Of a stretch of 64,000 nucleotides of DNA, positions 42,388-51,057 are shown one piece after another. This stretch comes from a virus (lineage: Duplodnaviria; Heunggongvirae; Uroviricota; Caudoviricetes), in IMG/VR virus record IMGVR_UViG_3300020429_000539, positions 172,263 through 236,262 of that record; one strand, given 5' to 3'. Below the pieces are notes generated by a model. It was given only the letters and a program-made list of their open reading frames with translations, was not told where the DNA came from and did not search any database. Within the stretch, counting starts at the first letter, position 1. Each line of letters opens with the position of its first letter. A program made the position numbers and the translations under genes.

Positions 42388-44871
42388 ATGGCCCGAATAC
42401 TTGCCGGAGGTTTTACAGCTTATACAGAAGACACAACTCAGACAAAAAGCGTGACCTCCCCGATAGGAACTCCGAATATCAGCGCTACGGCCATCACGCT
42501 GCCGCCCGGCGAGGACGCCAAGAACTTTGTAAGGGCCGACATATTCAACCTGTCGTTCTCGGCAAGCTCGGTCGTGGACGCCGATGGCTTGGCGACTTCG
42601 GCGTTCTGGACCTACGGAGACACGCAGGTAAACTGGACCATCGAGTACCGCGCCGACTCGGACTCCGCGTGGGCCACAGACACGAGCGACGCGCACACGC
42701 TTCCGTTCGAGGTCGGCACGAGCGACCAGATGAACCGCACGATTCATCAGCTAGGGCCGCAGTGTCTTATAACGGTCACGAAAACGGGGCAGTACCGAGC
42801 CAAGGCGACCGTATCGTGGCTCAAGGCATCGGGCCGCGACAGCACGACGTATACGACGCCAACGGTAACGGTGAGCGCGTTCTCGGGAACAACATACTAC
42901 ATCGACGCCGTAGACGGCGACGACCTCGCGGCAGGAACAAGCGAGGAAACCGCGTGGAAAACGGGTAACAAAGCGTTGACGCTCTTCGCGGACCTCGTTA
43001 CGGACACGGCGGTATTGTTCAAAAGAGGCGGTACATACGATTTCTCGGACAGAGCGACCGGCTTCAAAAGAAACGAGAACTTCCATGTCGGAGCCTACGG
43101 CACGGGGGCCAAGCCGATACTGCGGGCAACGGCGGGCTTGCAGAATCCGTTGCTCCGTGGCAACATCGACAGCGGAACATCGCCGAACGAAGAAAGGCTC
43201 GTGAACGTCACGTTCGGAAACTTCAAGTTCGATGGCAACGACCAGAGCAGAGGCTTCCTGAATCCGAGGTCTTCCGGTGGAGGAGAAACACGGATCGACG
43301 GCATCTCGGTCTACAACTGCGAGTTTGACAATATAACAGAGGGCAGCGTTGATACGCAATACATCAGCGTATCCGTGGGACAAGCGGACGATACATCAGC
43401 TTATAAGAACCTGTTTATAGTTGATAACATCTTTGGCTCTGCCGACCAACACGAAGTCAAGCAATATGTATACGCTCAGATGACTGGTGTTATTATATGC
43501 GGCAACAGGTTCGCGGGAACCGTGATAGGCGCTGCCCACGGCGAGACGAGCGAGAGTCAGGGCGACCTCGTGCTGAATCACCGCATCTATATCAACGGCG
43601 GAGAGCATATAACTCTGTTTGATAACGACCAGGACTACCTTGACCTCGGAAGCTCGACAGGAAACACGCAATGCAGCACGCTGCTCAACGCGGGTCTCGA
43701 TGACGGCGTTGGCAAAACCTATCAGGGAGTGTTCTGCTACTACAACAGAGCCTCTTCGTGCCTGAACGCATTCGACATAAGTCAATCTCAGTTTAGGCGA
43801 TGGTCAAACGTGTCCGATGTCGTTCAGTCGAATCCGACCGAGTTCAAAGACGTGGTTATAGAGCGAAACCTTGTCGAGGCAGCCTCGACCACGATGTCAA
43901 CGATGGCGTTTCTATCTACGATGACAACCTGGGCCTTCAGGCACAACGTATACATAGGTTCGGGCGAGGCAGCCGTTTCGCTCAGCATCAACGGAGAGGA
44001 CGTTGAACTCAAGTATGACGCCGATGAACTAGACACGCCAGGAAGCGGCGAGGACTTCGACCCTTATAGTCTGGGGCGGATACACAACAACATAATTGTT
44101 GGAGATACGTCGCTGTCGAGCGTAGATGTACTCAATACGGGGGCCACGAAGTACCGCAATAACGTGGTTATGAACGAGACGCCCGACTCGACCGAGGGTC
44201 TCGACCAGTTCTCGTTCGACCACGTAGCGGCGGGCTACAGAGCGGACAACGACTGGTATTCGGACAGCGTAAACTTTAGAAACCGAGTTCCGCCGTCTAC
44301 TCCTATATCGACGGTCAACTACGCAGCCGCTCAGAACACGTTCGAGACCGATGCGGACCAGTCAACCTATGCCACGACATACGCCAACGACTCGTTCGCG
44401 GCCTATGCAACAACGGCTCTCGTGGGCTTCGCCACCGATGACTACAGGCTTCTATCAGACTTGCCTGTCTCGGACGATGGCGGAGGCAACGGCTCGGGAG
44501 GCTCCTCTTTCAGAAGGTTGAGGAAGCCGGTTCAAGAAAACGCCGCCCCCGTTCCGCAACTCGCGGGAAGAAGCAACGTTCTAAGCACGGCGAGACTCGG
44601 AATAGACAACGTAACCGAGAAGACCGTGGGCAGTCCGCAGATACGCGGCCCGTTCACGTTCAGCTTCGGAGAGGTTCCCGCCGGTCAAGAGATTCGTTAC
44701 ACGACGAACAACAGGAACCCGAATAGCACCAGCAAACTGTATACAGGGCCGATACGCATAACCAGAAACCTGACCGGCTCGGACAATACTGTCATCAAGG
44801 CCCGCTATTTCGACCCAAGCAACCCAAACTTCAAGAGCAAGATCATACGGATCGAGTTCCGAGTCTTTTAG
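42388..44871 (+). CDS. large beta-helix (pectin-lyase-like) protein with C-terminal CHB_HEX_C/Fn3-associated-like module; probable virion/adsorption protein
   Basis: YYIDAVDGDD..AGTSEETAWKT, VLFKRGGTY, Asn/Gly-rich repeats; EIRYTTNNRNP..LYTGPI. Confidence 0.7.
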   Translation: MARILAGGFTAYTEDTTQTKSVTSPIGTPNISATAITLPPGEDAKNFVRADIFNLSFSASSVVDADGLATSAFWTYGDTQVNWTIEYRADSDSAWATDTSDAHTLPFEVGTSDQMNRTIHQLGPQCLITVTKTGQYRAKATVSWLKASGRDSTTYTTPTVTVSAFSGTTYYIDAVDGDDLAAGTSEETAWKTGNKALTLFADLVTDTAVLFKRGGTYDFSDRATGFKRNENFHVGAYGTGAKPILRATAGLQNPLLRGNIDSGTSPNEERLVNVTFGNFKFDGNDQSRGFLNPRSSGGGETRIDGISVYNCEFDNITEGSVDTQYISVSVGQADDTSAYKNLFIVDNIFGSADQHEVKQYVYAQMTGVIICGNRFAGTVIGAAHGETSESQGDLVLNHRIYINGGEHITLFDNDQDYLDLGSSTGNTQCSTLLNAGLDDGVGKTYQGVFCYYNRASSCLNAFDISQSQFRRWSNVSDVVQSNPTEFKDVVIERNLVEAASTTMSTMAFLSTMTTWAFRHNVYIGSGEAAVSLSINGEDVELKYDADELDTPGSGEDFDPYSLGRIHNNIIVGDTSLSSVDVLNTGATKYRNNVVMNETPDSTEGLDQFSFDHVAAGYRADNDWYSDSVNFRNRVPPSTPISTVNYAAAQNTFETDADQSTYATTYANDSFAAYATTALVGFATDDYRLLSDLPVSDDGGGNGSGGSSFRRLRKPVQENAAPVPQLAGRSNVLSTARLGIDNVTEKTVGSPQIRGPFTFSFGEVPAGQEIRYTTNNRNPNSTSKLYTGPIRITRNLTGSDNTVIKARYFDPSNPNFKSKIIRIEFRVF

Positions 44872-44896
44872 TAACGCACAAGCATAGGATATAACG

Positions 44897-45367
44897 ATGA
44901 AAGAATACTTCCGTCTCGTAGAATCGCAGAGAGGCTCCCGAAGACTAAAGCTTACCGATGAAGAGAAACAGCAGATGGCCCAAATGTATCAAGAAGGAAA
45001 GAGCCTGAGAGAAATAGGTTTTAACTTTCACGGACTATCGCCCAAGTATATCAGTCAGATACTCAAAGACCAGGGTATCGAGATGAGGCCCAGAGGATGG
45101 CCCAAGGGTAGGCCTTTTGTATCTGACTTCCATAGAGGAAACAAGATAACCCCACAAATCAAGGATGAGGTCGTAAGACTCTACACGCAATACAACCTGA
45201 ATCAAGAAGCTGTTGCAAGAGAAACAGGCGTATCGCCGCAGGCGGTGCTGAATATCCTCAGAGAGCGTGGCATACAGGTGGAACGCCAGGGCGTCAACAG
45301 AGAGCGTGGAGAGCCTGGCTCCTACGATGTCAGCCCTGATATCTTCCCCAAGTCGGCGGGTAGTTAG
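44897..45367 (+). CDS. tandem helix-turn-helix protein
   Basis: KSLREIG...SPKYISQILK; NQEAVARETGVSPQAVLNILR. Confidence 0.75.
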   Translation: MKEYFRLVESQRGSRRLKLTDEEKQQMAQMYQEGKSLREIGFNFHGLSPKYISQILKDQGIEMRPRGWPKGRPFVSDFHRGNKITPQIKDEVVRLYTQYNLNQEAVARETGVSPQAVLNILRERGIQVERQGVNRERGEPGSYDVSPDIFPKSAGS

Positions 45368-45376
45368 AAGAAAACG

Positions 45377-46015
45377 ATGGGCATGGACGAGAAACTGCAA
45401 AAAAGTCTCACAGAACAAGAAGAGCTTTACGACTATATCTACAAGAAGGACAACAAATATGGTATCAGCGGTTACAGGATACCCATACTCAGCAGAGCCG
45501 TGGCCTCGCTGCCCCGCAAGCACGTTACGAGCGTCCTCGACATCGGAGCGGGCAGAGGTCAGCTACTAAACTGGTTCAAGAAACACTATAATCCAGAAGT
45601 TCTTGCGGGAGTCGAGATAAGCAAAAAAGCTATCAAAAAAAGCCGCAGAGCAAAATGGATAAAACACGGCTCGGCGCAGCAGGTACCCTTCGACGACAGT
45701 TCCTTCAACGTGGTTGTCTGTACCGACGTTCTCGAACATGTACCCCCAAACGAGCTTGGGCTCTGTCTCGACGAGATGCTCAGAGTCGGACGGAAGTGGT
45801 GGATAGTCGAAACAGACAACGGCAAAGCAAGAGAAGACAAGCATCTTAGGAAAAGCCCCGTCAAGCAGAAGACCCTCCACCTGATACGCAAAGACATCAA
45901 CTGGTGGATGCTCCAGTTTCAGAAGCACGGCTTCAATGTCCGAAGAGCCTCGAAATATTACGATTCGAAGATGCTCTTCGTGATGACACGGGCACCCGTT
46001 GTCAAAAAGGACTAG
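45377..46015 (+). CDS. class I SAM-dependent methyltransferase
   Basis: VLDIGAGRG, GVEIS, FNVVVCTDVLEH. Confidence 0.9.
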   Translation: MGMDEKLQKSLTEQEELYDYIYKKDNKYGISGYRIPILSRAVASLPRKHVTSVLDIGAGRGQLLNWFKKHYNPEVLAGVEISKKAIKKSRRAKWIKHGSAQQVPFDDSSFNVVVCTDVLEHVPPNELGLCLDEMLRVGRKWWIVETDNGKAREDKHLRKSPVKQKTLHLIRKDINWWMLQFQKHGFNVRRASKYYDSKMLFVMTRAPVVKKD

Positions 46016-46056
46016 CGGCCCTTACGGGTGAAAAGAAAACGCGATAAAGTGAAGGC

Positions 46057-46602
46057 ATGAGAAATCGCGGAAAGAATCTCACGACACCCGAAGCCACCAA
46101 GAAGCTCGAAGCCCTGCCCGGCGTTGTCACGAAAAGGCGGTTCAGAGAACTGCTCAAAGAGTTCGGCGTCAAAGACGAAACGCTCCGCAAAAGGCTCAAG
46201 AAACTCGGAAAGAGCGTCGAACCGAGTAGCAGCGTCTACCAGAATGCATCGCTCAGACAGAAGGACATCGACAAGCTTCCGCAGGTTGTTGAGCCCTACG
46301 AGGTCGGAAGGCTCGCCAGAAGGCATGATGTCTCGGAAACCACCATCCGCAGAGACATTCGGCTCGCAGGTAAAGATATCCGAGCCAAGGAGCAGCCGAG
46401 GTCGCCGCGAGTCACGAAGATCGAAAAGATGCTCCTGCTCGGTATCGATGAACAAACCATCGAACGGCTCATGACAGCCACGAGCAGCGAACTCAAAGTC
46501 ATCAAGAAACGGCTCGACAAAGAAATCGAAGAAATCCTGGAGACCGCGATGCACGAGCCCGTCACGCCGGACAAACCCGTCAGGCACCTCGCTCAGGCAT
46601 AG
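46057..46602 (+). CDS. HTH-containing protein
   Basis: GRLARRHDVSETTIRRDI. Confidence 0.7.
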   Translation: MRNRGKNLTTPEATKKLEALPGVVTKRRFRELLKEFGVKDETLRKRLKKLGKSVEPSSSVYQNASLRQKDIDKLPQVVEPYEVGRLARRHDVSETTIRRDIRLAGKDIRAKEQPRSPRVTKIEKMLLLGIDEQTIERLMTATSSELKVIKKRLDKEIEEILETAMHEPVTPDKPVRHLAQA

Positions 46603-46614
46603 AGAAGAACCGTT

Positions 46615-47145
46615 CTAAATGCTCAACAGCGCCTTGCGCTGCTCGAATCGCAGAACAACCTCGGACGTAAGAATCGGCTCCCAGAGGCCGTTTGGATTTC
46701 TGGTCATCTCCTCTTCGTAGACCTCGATGAGGATATCCGACCAGAGCTTCGAGCGGCTGTTCTTCTGAGAAACCTGCTCATAGTAACTGCGGGCAAGGTC
46801 TCGATAGTTCGTGCCACACGTATCAGGTATGTCAACAATCTGCTGAGGCACGAAGTAGATATGGTTCTCGAACTCGATATTGAAGAACCAGCCATGGTAG
46901 CTGTCGTCGAGACCGAACTCGATGCAGCCGAGATTCGTGACAGAACCCTCAAGGTAGCCGCTGGTCATTTCGAGCATCGGACCATCGGTCGAGCAGAGGA
47001 TATCAGGATGAACCCGACGAAACCACTTGGGGTCATCGGTCGGCACAACGCGCTGACGATAGAACTGCAAATCCTCAAGCAAGCGGATACACTTGCCGAA
47101 AGGCTTCTGCATCTCCTGCTCTGACTTGATGCGGAACTTGGTCAT
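46615..47145 (-). CDS. hypothetical protein
   Basis: MTKFRIKSEQ start, 176 aa. Confidence 0.7.
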   Translation of the reverse strand: MTKFRIKSEQEMQKPFGKCIRLLEDLQFYRQRVVPTDDPKWFRRVHPDILCSTDGPMLEMTSGYLEGSVTNLGCIEFGLDDSYHGWFFNIEFENHIYFVPQQIVDIPDTCGTNYRDLARSYYEQVSQKNSRSKLWSDILIEVYEEEMTRNPNGLWEPILTSEVVLRFEQRKALLSI

Positions 47146-47212
47146 GCAAAACCCACGGCTACAGGAAGAATAAAAATCGCGCACAAAGGAACAAAGAATA
47201 TGGCCCTTGGCG

Positions 47213-48184
47213 TCAGCCTTGGGCCTTCTTTGCGTCTGCCAAGAGGACCGCCCACCGCTCACGCATGTCCGCCAACAAAGCCTTGCGGCACACGATAAAG
47301 TCCCGTGCCTCTCTGATATGGGAAACCCTACGCTGCTTCTCGTCTTCCAACAGTTTCAGGTAGGCATCGTCCTGCATCCGCTGCGGCTGACGCCCCTCGT
47401 ACATGGGCTGGTATCCATCAAGGCGGAGTCGCTCCCAGGCGATGGTCGTGTGGCGGACCTCCCAGATGTCGGCCAGGTCGTTGTTGCTGATACGCATGTC
47501 CATGTCGGGAACGGCGTGGGGGTCGATGGGGACAACGTAGTCGATGTATTCGCCAAGAATCTGCCCAACCCGCATTCTACGGGTATCCAAGGACTCTTCC
47601 TTGTCGGGGTCCGAGCAGATTTCGGCCCACTCGATGTAGCTGATGATGCCGTTGGATTGTTCCGCGAACTCGCTTGCGAGGTTGTGGATAGCGACGGTCA
47701 TTGGAACTCTGGGTCCGCGATGAACCTTCTTGGGGACGTTCTGCTTGTTGAGCGACTGCCGCTTGAGCGTCACCGCCCACCGCGAGCAGCCGAGTTCGTC
47801 GGCGATCTCGCAGTTGGGGCGGCTCCAATCGACCTTGGACCAATCATACCTGTCTTCTTGCGCGCGAGATTTTTTCTTTGTTTCGTACCCGAACTCTCTT
47901 GCGCGGGCCGAGGCCGTCGCTCTTGAGCAGTTGGCGAGGTTCATGATCTCGTCGATGGTGAGCGGGTCTTTGTCTGCAAGGTTCGCGAAGAACTGTTCCC
48001 AGAAGAACTGTTTGCGGTTCTTGGGCTTGTACCCGTGTTCGCGGCAGACGTTCGCTGCCGTCATGTAGCCGACACCGAGGGCATCGGCGACCTGTTCGAG
48101 CGTGAGACCGGGGCCGAGTTCTTTGAGCTTTCGGCGTCGTTCGGCTTGAAGAGTGTTGCGGGGCGGCTTGAGATTGGTTGTCAT
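47213..48184 (-). CDS. multi-HTH DNA-binding protein
   Basis: LTLEQVADALGVGYMTAAN; DWSKVDWSRPNCEIADELGCSRWAV. Confidence 0.75.
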   Translation of the reverse strand: MTTNLKPPRNTLQAERRRKLKELGPGLTLEQVADALGVGYMTAANVCREHGYKPKNRKQFFWEQFFANLADKDPLTIDEIMNLANCSRATASARAREFGYETKKKSRAQEDRYDWSKVDWSRPNCEIADELGCSRWAVTLKRQSLNKQNVPKKVHRGPRVPMTVAIHNLASEFAEQSNGIISYIEWAEICSDPDKEESLDTRRMRVGQILGEYIDYVVPIDPHAVPDMDMRISNNDLADIWEVRHTTIAWERLRLDGYQPMYEGRQPQRMQDDAYLKLLEDEKQRRVSHIREARDFIVCRKALLADMRERWAVLLADAKKAQG

Positions 48185-48335
48185 GGGCCTATCCTAGTCG
48201 CTCGGTTTTATTCGTCAAGCGGCGATTCGAGCTTTTCCGTAGATTGCAGCGGTCGCGTGGTACGTACGTGGGCTGCCACAAAAAATTTCAAGGCGGCGGT
48301 TACGGCGAGAGGCGGCATCAGCGAGCAGGGGCGGC

Positions 48336-48800
48336 TCAATGGTAGGTAGGCGGGTCAGGGTCATAGACTTTTTTGATAACCGAGAGTTTCTTTCTGGTCA
48401 TCATCTTCTTCTTGCTCCTTGGCTTTTTCGCAGGAACAGCTTCCGCTTCCGCTTCCTTTATCCAGCCCTGCCGAACCGCCCAACTCCGAGCATTTCTGCT
48501 CGATGCCGCCTCTTCGATTATCCACTCCCTGAAAAGAGTCCTCAAACGAGCCGTTTCTAGCCCCAAATTGTCGAATATATCCAGAACTCTGGCATGTTCT
48601 TCGGGAAACGGAGAACTTGGGCGAAACTCGATGATGGTTTTGATTTCGCGAATCTTCAGGTTATCCGCGAAATAGTCGCCCGCTTCATCAAGGGCCTTCA
48701 GGCACTCTTTTTCATACTCGGACGGGTCTTTGGGGCCAATATCAAGCTTTGTCACGGTTGTACTTCCGCGCTTGTGCGATATCTGCTTGCGGATGGGCAT
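48336..48800 (-). CDS. hypothetical protein
   Basis: 154-aa ORF with basic tail. Confidence 0.7.
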   Translation of the reverse strand: MPIRKQISHKRGSTTVTKLDIGPKDPSEYEKECLKALDEAGDYFADNLKIREIKTIIEFRPSSPFPEEHARVLDIFDNLGLETARLRTLFREWIIEEAASSRNARSWAVRQGWIKEAEAEAVPAKKPRSKKKMMTRKKLSVIKKVYDPDPPTYH

Positions 48801-48877
48801 GCATTGAGGATACTCGAAAGAAGTTTCACTTGAATGCAGAACTGTCTTCGCGGCCTTTGTTCCGCGAAGACTGAGGA

Positions 48878-50122
48878 TTAGAGGTCAGGTATATCTGATA
48901 GCTCGCCATTGATGAGGAACTTGTGTTCGCCTGGCTGTATCTTGTAAATACCTACATGGGCCTCTCGGTTTGAAAGGTTGCTGAAGAGCATGATACGGTG
49001 TCCCGCGACCTTGATGCCGGACCAGTTGAATCCGCTTCGTTTATCAGTTTCGAGGTTCATGGGCTCTTTCTCGACAGGAAGAGAGAATAGCCCATTGAGC
49101 AGGTTCCATGCGTTCATGGCTAGCTCGATGTAATCGCGCTGGAAGCTCTGTGCAAAAGCATAGAAGCAACGCGCTTTTCTCATGCGGAAGTGAAGCATGA
49201 GGGCTGTATTGTCCTCATCAGAAGGCTTAGGCGCATTATAGCTAGGACTTGGGTGGTAGATATATTCTCCAACCCAAGGCATAAGCATATGATTTTCGGG
49301 TAGCGCACGAGCAGCGACGCTGTGCCGTTCTAGAGCTTGCCAGAAGATAGCGGCCCTGCCATTCGGCGCAACGTTATCGCCCTGCGTGTATGCTGAAAGG
49401 TGCTGCGATGCGGTAGCATAGGGATATGCGTTGGGCATCGATACGTCCAAACAGTCGAGATAGAGCTTTGTCATGTCATGACCTTCGTGTCGAGTTCTTA
49501 GGTTTCTCCTGTCAGGCCAAATAACGGACTCATCGTATTCGGCAGCCGAATATGCGTAGTTACCGAGTCTTGCGCGGCTAAACTTGGGGTCAGGATGTTC
49601 TCTGACCATTCTATGAATCTCGCGAATATTGAGTTCGACCATATCTCGCTCGCCGCCTTCAAGGTCCATGAGGACATAATCGAGCTTTGGCAGGTTTTCT
49701 AGCGCAAGACGAAACGCATCTGGCGAGCCTCGCTCATCAGCGTCCGAGCCGTATGGGAACGGACAGTTGTAGTTGCGGATCATGAGAGCGATCTGACCAC
49801 CCGCGTCGGCGATGGCTTTCGCAAAGTCGATAGCATACCACCCATACCAGGAATCTTCTTTATACAGGGGACCGCCGTGACCTCCGCCCGAGTGCGGAAC
49901 GGGCGTATAACCGAGCGGATGAGGCTCAAACGTCAGCGACGGCCTTTCGTCTCCGTTTCTGATACGGTTTGGGTAATCCCGCATCGTGTCTCCATACTGA
50001 TAAAAGAAGTCCGCGAATATAGGCTCTTTCTGGTCAAATTTAGGCTTGTCTGTTCGGACCTTTTCCAGGCTCTTGTTGAGGTCGTCAACTATTCCCTTTA
50101 GTTGTGCTTCCTTAATTTCCAT
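48878..50122 (-). CDS. hypothetical protein, possible glycoside-hydrolase-like barrel
   Basis: 414 aa; YVLMDLEG, aromatic-rich; fold guess only. Confidence 0.65.
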   Translation of the reverse strand: MEIKEAQLKGIVDDLNKSLEKVRTDKPKFDQKEPIFADFFYQYGDTMRDYPNRIRNGDERPSLTFEPHPLGYTPVPHSGGGHGGPLYKEDSWYGWYAIDFAKAIADAGGQIALMIRNYNCPFPYGSDADERGSPDAFRLALENLPKLDYVLMDLEGGERDMVELNIREIHRMVREHPDPKFSRARLGNYAYSAAEYDESVIWPDRRNLRTRHEGHDMTKLYLDCLDVSMPNAYPYATASQHLSAYTQGDNVAPNGRAAIFWQALERHSVAARALPENHMLMPWVGEYIYHPSPSYNAPKPSDEDNTALMLHFRMRKARCFYAFAQSFQRDYIELAMNAWNLLNGLFSLPVEKEPMNLETDKRSGFNWSGIKVAGHRIMLFSNLSNREAHVGIYKIQPGEHKFLINGELSDIPDL

Positions 50123-50309
50123 GTTGGTCTCCGTTGTTGGGCAACCCTAGATTGGTTGCAATAGGTGTTAATATAGATAAAAACAGGAATATCATTCTAT
50201 TTTATCTACAAACAAAATGCTTCGTACAAAACTTTATTAGAATGCCTATTTTGGTCTTTATACGAAGGCTCTGCAAAGGACTTCGCTGATATTGGTCGAA
50301 AATCTTGAT

Positions 50310-51047
50310 ATGAAAACGGTTCATTCGCAAACTTCCGAAGACAAGGTTCTGTATATTATGCGCGGAATTTCTGGTTCCGGCAAGTCTACGCTAGCGAGAC
50401 AACTCGGAGAAGGCGGCGCTGTATTTTCTACGGACGACTTCTTCATGGTCAACGGCGAGTATCAGTTTGACCGTGACTTTATGAGCGAGGCTCATTTCTG
50501 GAACCAGACTCGTGCCGTTGAAGCGATGGATAAGGGAATCTCGCCCATCGTCATCGACAACACAAACGTAGAGGCTTGGGAGCCAAAGTTCTATGTAGAA
50601 GAAGCGATGAAAAGAGGGTATCGGGTTGAAATCAAGGAATCGCAGACTCCCTGGAGATTTGATGCCGAAGAACTCGCCCGCAGAAACACGCACGGAGTTC
50701 CCCTCGATGTCATCCAGGGAATGATCGACAGATGGCATCAAGATATGACCGTTGACGATATTCTAAACGCAGAAAAACCAAAACTATCAAACTCAAAGGT
50801 TAGAAACATGAAAGCAAACTGGTATGGCAAACTCAAACTAGCTTCTCGGTTCACAAACTATCCTCGCATGTCTGAAGAAGACAAGGAGTCGATTGTTCAG
50901 ATGATCAAGGGGCTAGGGAGCAGCAGAGGCGTTAGCGAGGGAACCCAAGAAAGCATTATCAATGAAGTCATGTCCAAACTTAATGCAGGATATGATGTAG
51001 AAGCGATTCGCAACTGGGCACGAACCGCCGTGCAGCAAGCAGCTTAA
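50310..51047 (+). CDS. N4BP2-like/AAA_33 polynucleotide kinase with C-terminal extension
   Basis: YIMRGISGSGKS, FSTDDFF, VIDNTN, RNTHGVP. Confidence 0.85.
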   Translation: MKTVHSQTSEDKVLYIMRGISGSGKSTLARQLGEGGAVFSTDDFFMVNGEYQFDRDFMSEAHFWNQTRAVEAMDKGISPIVIDNTNVEAWEPKFYVEEAMKRGYRVEIKESQTPWRFDAEELARRNTHGVPLDVIQGMIDRWHQDMTVDDILNAEKPKLSNSKVRNMKANWYGKLKLASRFTNYPRMSEEDKESIVQMIKGLGSSRGVSEGTQESIINEVMSKLNAGYDVEAIRNWARTAVQQAA

Positions 51048-51057
51048 GGAGGCATAA

